Assembly: GCA_951406725.2 (NCBI GenBank)
Contig: OX597827.1
Span: 41,168,001 to 41,232,000 of the forward strand
Length of the DNA: 64,000 nucleotides
Source of the DNA: Octopus vulgaris
Taxonomy: Eukaryota
Reading direction: 5' to 3'
The notes below the pieces were generated by a model. That model saw only the letters and a program-made list of their open reading frames with translations, did not search any database and was not told the DNA's origin. Within the stretch, counting starts at the first letter, position 1. Each line of letters starts with the position of its first letter. Below, in pieces: positions 52,109-64,000 of this stretch. Made by a program: the position numbers and the translations under genes.

Positions 52109-52337
52109 AAGCGGTGAGCTGGCAGAAACGTTAGCACACCAGGTGAAATGCCTCGCGGTATTACATCTTCCATTATGTTCTCAGTTCAAATTCCATCGAG
52201 GTCGACTTTGCCTTTCATTCTTCCGGGGTCGATAAATCAAGTACCAGTTACGCACTGGGTCGATGTAATCGACTTAACCCCTTTGTCTGTCCTTGTTTGT
52301 TCCCTCTGTTTAGCCCTTTGTGGGCAATAAAGAAATA
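52109..52337 (+). mobile_element. Family B (Meta-like) tRNA SINE, full length with 13-bp TSD, nested in an older family A remnant
   Basis: A box tggcagaaacgtt, B box agttcaaattcc, domain gtcgactttgcctttcattcttccggggtcgataaatcaagtacc. Perfect TSD agaaactgtgaag at 52096-108 and 52338-50. Confidence 0.93.
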
Positions 52338-52354
52338 AGAAACTGTGAAGCACA

Positions 52355-52395
<41 letters not shown>

Positions 52396-52426
52396 TATGC
52401 ATGTATTTGTATGTGTGTGTGTGAGT

Positions 52427-52463
<37 letters not shown>

Positions 52464-53071
52464 AGAGACTGATAGTAGTTATGTGAAAATAGATGGTGTT
52501 TCCAAAAGTTAACTTGACAATTCAACAAATATATGTAGATAAAAATAATAAGAGGACCAGTGCTGGAAATGGAGGGTGTGTGGTGGTAGTGACGGTGGTG
52601 GTAGTGACGGTGGTGGTAGTGGGATGATGATTATAGCATCTAACTACTTCAACTTCAGCCTCAAGAATTTTAGCAATATTTCTAATTTGTAAAACCTGTT
52701 TCCATTGTATATGGAACTGAAATAAGTGTAGAAGTCAGTGCGGGTGACTAAGAAAAAAAAAAAAAAAGAATAAATAATGGTGGTGCCCCTGCATGGCCAT
52801 AGACTTTCAAGTAACATACAGTTCAGTCAAATAATTAATCATATTCTGTACCATTTACTGAGTATGTTTTCTCTTGTTTGTTACAAATAATACATGCACA
52901 CTCATACGCAAGACACACACACACACAGATGAGGTTAAAAGTTTGTGTGTATGAGTGTGTAGCAGGCTCTTAATTTCCTGCTTTGTTTTCTGAAAAGCTT
53001 TTGAGTTTTAGGTTAATTAAAGTTCTCACTTGTCTGTCAAATACTGCTGACACCTCCCCTTCCCCTGAAAC

Positions 53072-53118
<47 letters not shown>

Positions 53119-53426
53119 TCTGGGAATCTGTAAAATGACTGCTTTTTAGTTTTTGTGCTTCTGCCATAAATGTTTGTGTGTTTGTGGGTGTTTGTGTATT
53201 CTTCCTAAAATATGTATTTGGAGTGGTTTTAGATGTTTTCCAGTTTGAGTGTGAATGTAGTATATTGTTTGAAAACACAGGAGTCGATAGCCAAATCAGG
53301 TCCCCTGGTAATATAAGTAAAAATATTAACTATAATAAAGTATCGCCAAAGTCTCTGAATGCACAAGTCTATTTTTATTGATATTGTATTATTCAACTTC
53401 ATTACATACACAACTGTACCCCCTGC

Positions 53427-53468
<42 letters not shown>

Positions 53469-53487
53469 CACACACACACACATATAT

Positions 53488-53640
53488 ATTTATTAAAGCT
53501 GCAAAATTACAACAAAACTGCTACTCAGAGTTTCATATTCCTGTCCTGTTTGTCTGATAGTGTTCATTACAAACTATCTGATGAATGAGAACGTGAAACT
53601 CTGAGTAACAGTTTTGTGATAATTTTGCAGCTTTTATAAA
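53488..53640. repeat. Fold-back element with hammerhead motif (Penelope pseudo-LTR-like)
   Basis: tttattaaagctgcaaaatt...aaaactgctactcagagtttca is inverted as tgaaactctgagtaacagtttt...aattttgcagcttttataaa. Confidence 0.85.
53571..53614 (+). ncRNA. Minimal type I hammerhead ribozyme motif
   Basis: aaactat-CTGATGA-atg-agaa-cgt-GAAA-ctc-t-gag-TA-acagttt; canonical core with one stem I mismatch. Confidence 0.8.
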
Positions 53641-53745
53641 AGCATATTACTCTACCTTTAGTATTCAAGTACTATTTTTCCCCCCACCTTGTTTTGCATT
53701 TATGTACTTGCTTACTTGTGTGTGTGTGTGTGTGTGTGTGTATAA

Positions 53746-54103
53746 GGCACAGGCATAGCTGTGTGGCTGCTTCCCAACCACAGGGTTCTGGGTCCAGTCC
53801 CAGCACCTTGGGCAAAGTGTCTTTGCCCAAGGTGCAAAGAAAGAAGCCCATCTCTCTCTCTCTCTCTCTCATTCACACACACACGTGTGTGTGTGTGTGT
53901 GTATCTTTGTTTTTGTCCATTGTCACTGCTTGACAACTGGTGATGGTGTGTTTATGTCCCTGTAACTTAGTGGTTTGGAATAAAAGACTGATAGAATAAG
54001 TACCAAGCTTAAAAAGAGTACTGGGGTAAATTCTGTCAACTAAAAGCTCTTCAAGGTGGTGCTCCAGCATGACCACAGTGTAGTGACTGAAACAAAAGAT
54101 AAG
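53746..54103 (+). mobile_element. Family A CORE-type SINE (CpG-decayed)
   Basis: ggcacaggcatagctgtgtgg...caccttgggcaaagtgtc...cttagtggtttgg...ggtggtgctccagcatgaccacag...gactgaaaca. Confidence 0.85.
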
Positions 54104-54377
54104 ACATATATATATATATGTTTAACGTTTTCTGTAAATGGGTACTTTTTAAAAAATAGCGTCACCCCCTCCCCCTCTGTGAAAAAAATGCCTGTCACCC
54201 TCATTAATCAGTGCTAATTTGTAATGTGTGTGCGTCTGCACACTTTTGCATTGTTTGTAGAATGTGATTATATGAATATGTATTGTTTCCAGAATGTGTG
54301 TATGAATGATTTGTATTGTTTTTTGGAATGTGTATATAGTTCCTAGGATATGTATGTTGTTTCAGAAATAGGTGTAC

Positions 54378-54415
<38 letters not shown>

Positions 54416-54591
54416 TATTTGAGAATATGCCATACGCGCGTGCACACACACACACACACACACACACATTGTTTTCGATTGTGTGTATGTGTACATGTTT
54501 TGTTTCTTAGATGTGTGTATGTATTGTTTTCTGTATATATGACGTTCTCTTTTCAAATATATGAATATCAATTATATAGTTTCAACAACTA

Positions 54592-54667
<76 letters not shown>

Positions 54668-54837
54668 CTGTAATTTTCAGAATCTGTATTATTTGCTTGA
54701 TTGTATATTCCTCTTTTGTAATTCACACACACAAAGAACTTAGAGTGTGTATTTGTGTGTGGTTCTGATGAATATGAATGCATGTGTGTGTATGTAAGTA
54801 AAATTCACATGGCAGTGTGTGGATAATTTTCTTTGTG

Positions 54838-54890
<53 letters not shown>

Positions 54891-55169
54891 ATCATTCACA
54901 TATGGCAGTGTGTGAATAATATTCTTTGTGTATATATATATGTGTATGTGTGTGTGTGTGTGTGTATACGTACATACACATGACTGTATGTAGTTAGTTT
55001 CTAGAGACTGTGAAAGTCACACATTCTAGATAATGTTGTTATGGAATTATCTATCAGTTACATTTTTTTGTTCTTTATTTTGTTTATTCATGTTAATTTC
55101 TTTTCTGTTTGTACATTGATAATACTGCGAAGAGGAGAGATAGCTGTTGTGGAAGAAGGAGGGGGGCTA

Positions 55170-55201
<32 letters not shown>

Positions 55202-57718
55202 ATTACAAGAAAGAAGTGTGAAGGAGAGCTGAAGAGAAATAACAGAAGAAAGCTGAAAGGAGAGAGAAAAACAGGCAGAGAAAAAGAGAGAAAAATGTAT
55301 AGGAGAGGAGGTACCTGAAAATAGAGAGAATGAAAGAGAGAGAGAGAGATGAGATGAGATAAAATAAAATGAATAACTGACAGAGAAAGACGAGGTTAAA
55401 AAAAAGTGTTTGTTTTTTAAGAGAAGCTTGTTTGTTGGAGCATGGTTGCGGCTAGTGTCAAGGATAGCTGGGTACTAAAATTAGTCATTATTGATCATGC
55501 TATTCTTATTGCTTCATTCCTTTTTGTTAGTGTGTTAGTATCTGTCTCTCTCTCTCTCTCCCTCTTTTTCTAACATGTTTTGATTACACGTGCAAGTGTG
55601 TGTGTGTGTTAGTGGATATATATTAATATACGTAGCATTTACCTTAATTGCCACTGGGGCTTTTTTAATAACAAGTCTCTCATGTGCATATGAGTTATAT
55701 ATACACACACACACACATGCACAAAGTGTTTCTTGATTGGTTTGTGGATGTTGTTGAATAACAAGTCTGTGTGTATGTGTGTTGTCTATCACCAATTCAC
55801 TAGTATTTTTTCTTCAGTTCTTTGATATAGTTCTTAATAACAAATTCTCTCCCTAGCACACACTCAACCATGTGTGTGTTTGTGTGCGAGAGAGATAGAG
55901 GGAGGGAGCATGTTCTATTGAGTTTCTTTCTAGATTGTGCATTGAAAAGTCTTGCTAGGACCGACTCTGTTTTGGTTTGACGAAGAAATATTTTTTTTAC
56001 ATACTGGTGGTTAGATGTGTATATGAGATCAGGTGTATTTTGCATGCAGTATGTCATGTTGACATGGAATTACTGAGAGTGGGATAACTTATTAGTAGTA
56101 GACTATTGTCAGTCTGTTAGTAATGGGTTCAAATCTGTTTCAGATATTGAGGAAAAAAAAAACAAAAACAATATGGTTTAGTCAGATGAAGAAGAGCAGT
56201 ACTTGTGATTCTTAACTCTTTACAACCCACTATGTTGGGTGACAGGTACCACATCTTTCAGTAATGCTACCTTAATAGGTGTTTGTGCTTACTCTACAGC
56301 ACATCCTACACTGAGAACTTTGAGATAATCCCACCTTGTTTTATTGTTGTCACAATGGTGGTGGAGGTGGCCAGTTGAATCAATTTCAGAGATGAACAGC
56401 AGAGTTGACCCTGGAACGATTTGATCTTGGAATACAATAAAACAGAACTAAATATTGATGGCCATTTAGTCCTGGATCAAACATACACTCACAGAATGTT
56501 GCATATAATAAGTAATAATGAAAATGGTAGTAATTGTCTTCAACACTGTATTAACTGCTGCAGCAGTTGCACAGCATGCTGTTAGACTAAATTTGCTGAT
56601 ATTACTGGCTATGAGTTCGAACTTTGACAGCCATTGAGCTGTAAATTACATTTGACTCTTCTGACTCCAATCTTCAGGGTTTGAAAATACTTCAGCCCTA
56701 ACAATTTTTCACCCTCTATAAAAGCTTGTAGGATGTTCATAATGAAGTGTTGCTTCTACGTCACGTCATGGATGGTGCTGCCCCCCCCCCATTGTATCCA
56801 GATAACGCCCACGCAACTGATGAGCATAAAGGCTCCATCCTTTGGTTCACAGACATGCTGTCTCTTATTCCTGCTGATTAGTTGGTCTCATGTCACCCCC
56901 ACTCAAGCACTCTTGACTTGCTCATCTCTCATTCTCATCTATTTTGTATGCATCTCCCATATCCTGCTTTCATATCTTAATTCTCATAATGTTGGTTCCT
57001 CTCCATCAGTATTTCCCAATCTTTTTATTCTTTAAAATCCTTGAAATACTTTCCATGTTTCAGAGAATCCCTGAATAATTAATATATCAATTATTATATA
57101 TTTGCATATATATATTTTTTGTTTTTCATGAAGTTAAGTTTCATAGGAGATTAAATAAATCACAAAACTGTCTTTGAAGGAGTTGGTAATGCTAAATCCA
57201 TCCAATATTACAAAAAAAAAACTCATCTTAATCAAGACCTTCTTTACATCAATTTCATTGATAATTCTCTATTAAGAAGTAATTTTCCCCATAGAATCTC
57301 CTTTCTACCTACAGCTTCCAGGATTTTCTTTATCCTAGGAAATAAGCCATGCATCTATAATAAAACTATGAATGTAGAATTAAATATGAAATGATGCAAG
57401 AATGCATTTGTGCAGAATTAGCCTAATTATTGCTCTCATGGGGCCCCATACAACCTCTTACAGAATCCTAGAGTTTGGAAGAACTCCTCTTGGTAAATAC
57501 TGCTCTGGACCCTCTACTCATCTTTCCTGCAGTTGTTGACTTTGAGCAGTTTATGTGGAATGTTCATAGTGTGAATCTTGGCCTGTCTTGCAAAGCTTGT
57601 GAAAGCCATAGGCACATTCCTCATGACCAAACTACAAGAGGGAAATAATCCCCCCCCCTCCTTTCATTTGATAGTTAATTTTAGCAGTTTCATAAATATC
57701 TATAAATTAAAACTCTTG

Positions 57719-57879
57719 CTATAGAATACAGACAATTGGTTGTATACCTGTTGTAATTTAGTCTGATATTTTGGAATAATATTCCTTCTTCAGATATTTG
57801 AAGAAGGAATATTCTGAAATATCATATCAGACTATGGATGACTAAATTACAAGTATATAGCCCATTGTCTGTATTATAG
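57719..57879. repeat. Fold-back element centred near 57795 with degenerate back-to-back hammerhead cores
   Basis: Outer arms ctatagaatacagacaat / attgtctgtattatag. Centre attccttcttcagatatttgaagaaggaatattctgaaa reads (c/t)TGAAGA-aggaatattct-GAAA on plus and CTGAAGA on minus. Confidence 0.7.
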
Positions 57880-58828
57880 TGCATTGTTGTACCTTTCAAA
57901 ACTTTTTATTCTTTACAAGCAATACAATGCTTCAAGCGAACTACAATACTCTCCTATCTTGCTATATAATTATTATGCAGTGCTTATTTGTAATGGTATA
58001 TAACCTTATTTGCCCTTGTTTGCCAGGCTGCAAAGCATGCCCTTGTTTCCCAGCATCGGAGTGATAGTAGGCTTATGCTGTGAGCTGAAGAAAACCCTAT
58101 GTTTTTTAACCCTTCAAAGGGCTCATAATACACTTTCCTTTTAGCTTTTACTTTCCATTTTATTCAATCCATTACCATAGCTTGCTAAGTCTAGCAACTG
58201 TTATTTACTAACAATAGGCTTCATTCGCTGACTGAGTTCAAATTTCGCCACAGTTGACTTGGTTTTTCATTTTTCTGAGGCTGGATTTGGTGGGTGACGA
58301 TAAAAGAGAAAAAGAAAGGAAAGTGTACTAGTAACGTACTAGAAATAATATAATTGACTCTTCCCCTTTTTAGTGGCCTCGTGCCTGTCAGAAATCAATA
58401 AAAGGACTGAAATTCAGCTGTAAAACATCGACAATAAATGAAATAGAAAAGTAAATAACAGTTGGTTATTCATTCGACAGAAATGCAAATGTCCCAGCAA
58501 AAAAATAGAATAAAATAAAATAAAAAGAAAGAAAAATTCGTGTTAGTTTAACAAAGCAAACCTAATACAACTGAAGAAGAAAAAAAAAAAAGGAACAGAG
58601 TGGCGGGAGAATAAGTGAAGATGAATGAAAATTAATTATTTAAAAAAAGAAAACACAAAGAAAGCAAGAAGGTTGTTTGTGTCTTTGTCTTTCCTGTGTA
58701 TGTCTGCCTGCCTCTATCTCTGTCTGCCTCACTCTCTCTTTTTACACGTGTGCGTCTGTGTGTGTATTATATAAGTATTTTGATTAATCTGTTTGTCTGC
58801 ATCTCTCCAGGTGCATGTCGTGTACCTG

Positions 58829-58870
<42 letters not shown>

Positions 58871-60189
58871 TGTGTGTGTTATGGTTTTTCCATTAAAAGG
58901 TTTTTTTGATCTTTAGATTAATATTCTGCTTGAATCAGCCATTATAAATGTGAGCGTAGTAGTTTTCCATGTGTGTGTGGGGCTGTGGGTTGGTATCTAG
59001 CGACCTTGGTTTTTCTGGCGACTTTTGTATGTGTGTGTGTGTTTTGTGCATAGTATAAGGAACGTTTTTGTTTGATTTTGTTTGTGTGTATGGAGTCCTT
59101 GTTTGTGTAATGGGGTATTGTCCTGGCCATAGAAAACTGTATGTGGTGGAGTGGAATGTGATAGGTGGTGTGTGTGTGTGTGTGTGTGTTGGAAATGTGA
59201 GACAACTACCTCAACTTTCAGTCTATAAAGGTTGTTTATAATTGTGTACTTTAGTCTGAGTTAACCTACATACATGTGTTTAATCTATAGACGTGTTAAG
59301 TTTTCACCTGAGAAAATTGAAAACTTTTGGCTGAGATTTTTTTAAGTAAATTAGCAGACGGAAATCCCCTCTAGGTGTGTTTAATAACTAAAAACAACAA
59401 ACCAAGCAGATGACTCCAATAATATAATCAATTATCAGAGGAGTAGGTACCAAGTCAACTGGATATCATCATCCTTTGTCTGTTTTCCATGCTGGCATGC
59501 ATTGGACCCAGGGTATATTGCTTGAAATAGGCTGGTGTTCTATGGGTGATGGGATAGTGGTATAGCTCAAGTGATATTGGAACTAAGCCTCAGCTCCTTA
59601 TAAAAAAGCTCTTTAGAGTTTAGGGATCATGGTTGATTGGTGTTTTATTGATATTCAAGTTAGGGAGCTGTTATACCTTATCTGTATATTCACCAGGAAA
59701 CAGCACCAGTTTCCTGGTGCAGAGCACAAATTCTTAAGAGGATTGTGGGATTCTTGGAAATATTTACATAATTTGTTTTACATATTGTGTCTGGAGAGAG
59801 TCATTCTCTTTTTGTGCCTTATTATTAAACATATTTAATTTTACTTTTCTAATACTTCTAAAGCATTGCATTCTTCTGGAACTCCCTATCCTTCCAAGTT
59901 GCTGGACTTGACTGGTACTTTGTTTTATCAACCCCTGAGAATTGAAAGGTGTAGTTGGCCTCATTGGGATTTGAACTCAGAACTAACAACAGCCACAACA
60001 ATGATGATGGATATCTTACTCTTACTGGGAATATGTTTTTAAGTTTAAAATTTAAGTTACTGTGAATGTACTCTAGAACTAGTCATACAATTTTCAGTTC
60101 CTCTTAACTCTCTTCAAGGCAGTGTTTCTCTATATTGCTACAACTCGCAGTTTAAAGTAAGATATGGAGGACTACATCCTATAGATTTA

Positions 60190-60707
60190 GTTTGAAGTTA
60201 GATTTGCGAATACCTGTTGAGGCAAGTGAATCGAAATCAAATTTAATGACTGGCATTTGTGCTAGTGGAGCGCTAAGAGCACCATCTGACCGTGATCGTT
60301 GCCAGAGCAGCAAACTGGCTTCCATGCCGGTCGCACATAAAAAGCACCATTCAAGCGTGATCGTTACCAGCATCGCCTTACTGGCACTTGTGATGGTGGT
60401 ATGTGAAAAAACATTCGAGCGAGGTCATTGCCAGTGCCGCCGGACTGGCTCCTGTGCAGGTGCCATGTAAAAAACACCATTTGAGTGTGGCCGTTGCCAG
60501 TACCGCCTGACTGGCCCTCATGCCGGTGGCATGTAAAAGCACCCACTACACCCTCAGAGTGGTTGGCATAAGGAAGGGCGTCCAGCTGTAGAAACTCTGC
60601 CAGATCAGATTTGAGCCTGGTGCAGCCATCTGGTTCGCCAGTCTTCAGTCAAATCGTCCAACCCATGCTAGCATGGAAAGTGGACATTAAACAATGATGA
60701 TGATGAT
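60190..60707 (+). mobile_element. Family D retroposon with four about 65-bp internal tandem units
   Basis: Units start near 60279, 60344, 60408 and 60474 (gcaccattcgagcgtgatcgttgccagt...gactggc...gtgccggtggcatgtaaaa), followed by gagtggttggcataaggaagggcgtccagctgtagaaac...ccaacccatgctagcatggaaa...(gat)n. Confidence 0.85.
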
Positions 60708-61980
60708 TCTGCCAACAACCCTTTGGAATCCATAATTTCATGTCACAAGTATTGTTTTCTGTTGGGATATGTATGTTTTGTTGTTTAGCTTAGGGGCAGC
60801 TCTGAATAAGTAAACCTACAATCAAAAACCTTCCAGTTGTAACCATTCCATTTTATTTTCAGGTATAGCATATCTAGAATTACATTTTCTGATATGTTGT
60901 TCCTTTTAAAGGTGGCAGAATATGATTTGAGGGAAATCAGGCCACTATTTCTAGCAGTTCAAGCAATTGCATTGATATTCTGTCATTCGTTTTGAAGTAT
61001 GCACTACAAATGATTGAAGTTTACCAGGATATATTACTCTACTCATACTTGGAATCTGTGTTTAGAATAGAAGCAGAGAAAGGATTTGTGTTGTTGCTAA
61101 TGGAAAAAAAGCTTTAGAACTTTCTCCTTATGTATTTAAATGGAGACATATCCTGAATTTGACCTTTTTGAATTTTAATGAAGAGGTCTCACAATTGACT
61201 CATAATGTAGACATTACATCAAAATCATTACAATGACAGTGCTAAAAATGTAGTTTTATTGTTCTTGAAACTAAAAACTTTTGGATAGATGTGCGCACGC
61301 GTGTGAGTGGCTTTTGCATCCATCTTTTTGTTAAGCTAGAAGAATCAGTCTGGTGGTTTATTTGTTTGTGTAGGCACTGGCAACCCTTTTTGAGAAGCTG
61401 GTCACATGAGGCAATGCTCATCATGTGGGCTGCATTATTAAAACAAAATCCAAGGTAAATTTTTTCCATTCGGAAAGTTCTGAGCCATAATATTTTTTCC
61501 TTCTTTCTGGGTTTGAGAAAATAAGTATCCAGCAGGTCTGGGGGCTCAATAAGACTGATATATTTTTCTCCAAAAATTGTGTGAGTTTGTACCATAACTT
61601 GGAATCATTATTAGCACTACCACATTAGCAAAATCTAAGTCTTTGGTGTATAATTCTTCCACATTCCTGTCAATAACACATGTTAATTCCATAGACATTC
61701 TTTCATGAGGTTAAGTATAATTTTTTTCTCTTTTCTTTTTATTTTTTGCTGGAGTTTTCCAACAAAAAATGATGAGTAATGTTGACTGTCTCAAGCAAGC
61801 AACTTAGAAATAATGCCAGTTGTTTCAAGCTGGCAATATAGGAACTATGTCAGTTGTCTCAAGTAAGCAACTAATGGTAGGGAGCTCTTTGCTTGCTTTC
61901 AAATTTGAAACCCTTGCTGATAGTCTCTAAAAATCTGTAAGAGAAAAGAAGAAAAAAAAAAAATCAGTTTTAAGCCTTAA

Positions 61981-62098
61981 CCCTTTGAGCCCTGACCTCC
62001 TGAACTTTATTTTACAATATACCTGGCACTCCACTGGTGCTATGGTATAGAGAAAAATAAGCCATCCACTGGTAAACTCGTGTTATGGGCTCAAAGAG
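61981..62098. mobile_element. Small piggyBac-type MITE (118 bp)
   Basis: ttaa|ccctttgagccc ... gggctcaaagag|ctaa. Confidence 0.7.
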
Positions 62099-63455
62099 CT
62101 AAGGACTAGCCAGTGATTTCATGCAAGTTGTATACCTATGAAATAAAGATTCATTAAAATTAGATTCTTTATTTTCTTAGCACAGTACACCCACACAGAT
62201 TTTTATGCACTTGTAATTTGCTCCTGATGCTGAAAAGTTTTCTTTAGTACCGTTTAATACGGTTTCTTGACTTGTTAGAAATAGCAGCCAAATTTTTCTT
62301 GAATCACACCCAGTTGCTTTAAAACGAAGCAGCACACATTCACATGCCCATCATAGGTCTGGTTGATCAGAGCCAAAAACCAAGCAATAATAATAATAAT
62401 AATGATGATGATGATAATTGGTGTCTGTAATGTGTTTATAATTATCTGCCCCAGTTCATGAGAATAGTTTTGAAGTTTGTAAGTCTGGAATCTGCCTCAG
62501 AAGTTGTCCTCTTACTCTGTTACGGTTAATTAATTGCTTGGAATTTATTTTCAGATATATTAATATAATGATCATTGATTCTGTGAGTTGGAGCCAGTAT
62601 GCATAGAGAGATGTGTAAGTGTGTATGTTTGTGTATGAGGATATACACATGCATACACAAACGTTTCTATGATGACACGCCCACACACATAATGTATGTA
62701 TGTGAAATCTGGCATGTAACTTATACACATTCATGTGTGTATATATACTAGCTACCTTATCTACCGTATTTATGGTGGTGATAAGTTTCAGCATCTCTTT
62801 TCTATACTAGGATTAGATTTACTGGACCTGATACATAATGTCTCCATGTCTCAATTTTCTATCCCTACTCTTGTTACATGCTTGCACCTCTACATTAATC
62901 CATTTACAGCCTCTTCGCTAGCGAATGTCCATTTATTTTCCAGTTCTAAACTAGTTGCAGTTGTCTTTCCTGAATGGATTGGCTGATGCCTTTGACAACT
63001 CCTTCTTTAATCACTTTGCCTGCGGCTGTCAGATGGGATGGTTGACATATTTATAATGTCTTCGCATTTAGAGGATGTAAAATAATAAAAAAAAAAAGAG
63101 AGAGAGAGAGAGATGGCATATTTTATTCTGCAAAACTTAATTGTAGTTAAATGAAGCTTTAGAAGAAATTAATAAAGAGGCAGTCAAGTATATAGTATGT
63201 GGTAATTCAAAGACTTAAGTATTAATACTAACACTAACGTCTGTCTGCCTGAATAACAATTTATTAGCAGGATCCATCAATGTTCCATACTTTTGAAATT
63301 TTTATTTCTATTTTGATGCATAAATTTATAGAGCTTCATTAAAAGATTTTAATTATGTCTTCAAAGTTCTTCCATAGTTAAGGTTAGTTAATGTATAACA
63401 CTAAAACACAAAATCACTGGTGACAAACAGACTGATAATGGATGTTTGTCAATCG

Positions 63456-63501
<46 letters not shown>

Positions 63502-64000
63502 ATGGGAAAGGGAGGAAGAGAATAGCAAGGTTGATCATAATAACATTTGAAACTGTTTGGTAGGGTCTCACATATATAGTACAATGAGTTGAAAAACTGT
63601 GATTAACTGAGATTATTCATTCTGTCAGTAGACAAAATCTCCTAGGAGTGTTTGGGATCTGAAACCAATAAGCAAGGGAGATAACTCCAATATAACCAAC
63701 TTCTTGAAATTTTTAGAAAAGTTGCAGATAGGAGTGTGTCTATGAAAGTATGTAGTCTTGTTCCAACCTAACCATACCCCTCCACCCACCACCGGCCTTG
63801 TTTACAGAAGCCATGCGAGATACCCTGTGTAAACTTTGTGGAAGTATAAATAGCTGTGATGATAATGATGGCAGCTTGATTAATTAAATTTTCTTTCTTT
63901 TAAGTTGTTGGTGTGAAATTCTTGCTAGCACCACCATTACTATTGCCAACACCAATCAAGACTGCTATTTTAAAGTTTTACCATCAACATATTCTACCAA

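Noticed and set aside
56817-56840. ctgatgagcataaaggctc, a hammerhead-like start
   Set aside because: No GAAA follows stem II and no stem I/III closure can be drawn.
61242-61595. 117-aa minus-strand ORF
   Set aside because: No recognisable domain or convincing splice sites; likely a chance ORF or old TE debris.

Overview
AT-rich, microsatellite-dense eukaryotic DNA, most likely an octopus (cephalopod) intronic/intergenic region. That assignment is inferred from SINE types recognised from memory, not from a database search. No host protein-coding gene can be called with confidence, and almost all ORF-track entries are translations of (CA)n/(TA)n/(GA)n tracts or repeats. The window is a mosaic of tRNA-derived SINEs (CORE-type, Meta-domain-type and others), Tc1/mariner DD37D and Tigger/pogo remnants, hAT- and piggyBac-type MITEs, non-autonomous Helitrons, a Helentron-like element, a decayed Helitron RepHel gene and Penelope remnants. 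The most interesting signal is a set of minimal type I hammerhead ribozyme motifs. One lies in a TSD-flanked, terminally redundant 368-bp unit (19950-20385) that looks like an integrated copy of a circular retrozyme RNA. Three others lie in unrelated fold-back elements carrying hammerhead motifs on both strands (about 24.2, 53.6 and 57.8 kb). CpG is retained up to about 14.3 kb and depleted beyond it, suggesting a promoter near 8-10 kb followed by a long methylated gene body.
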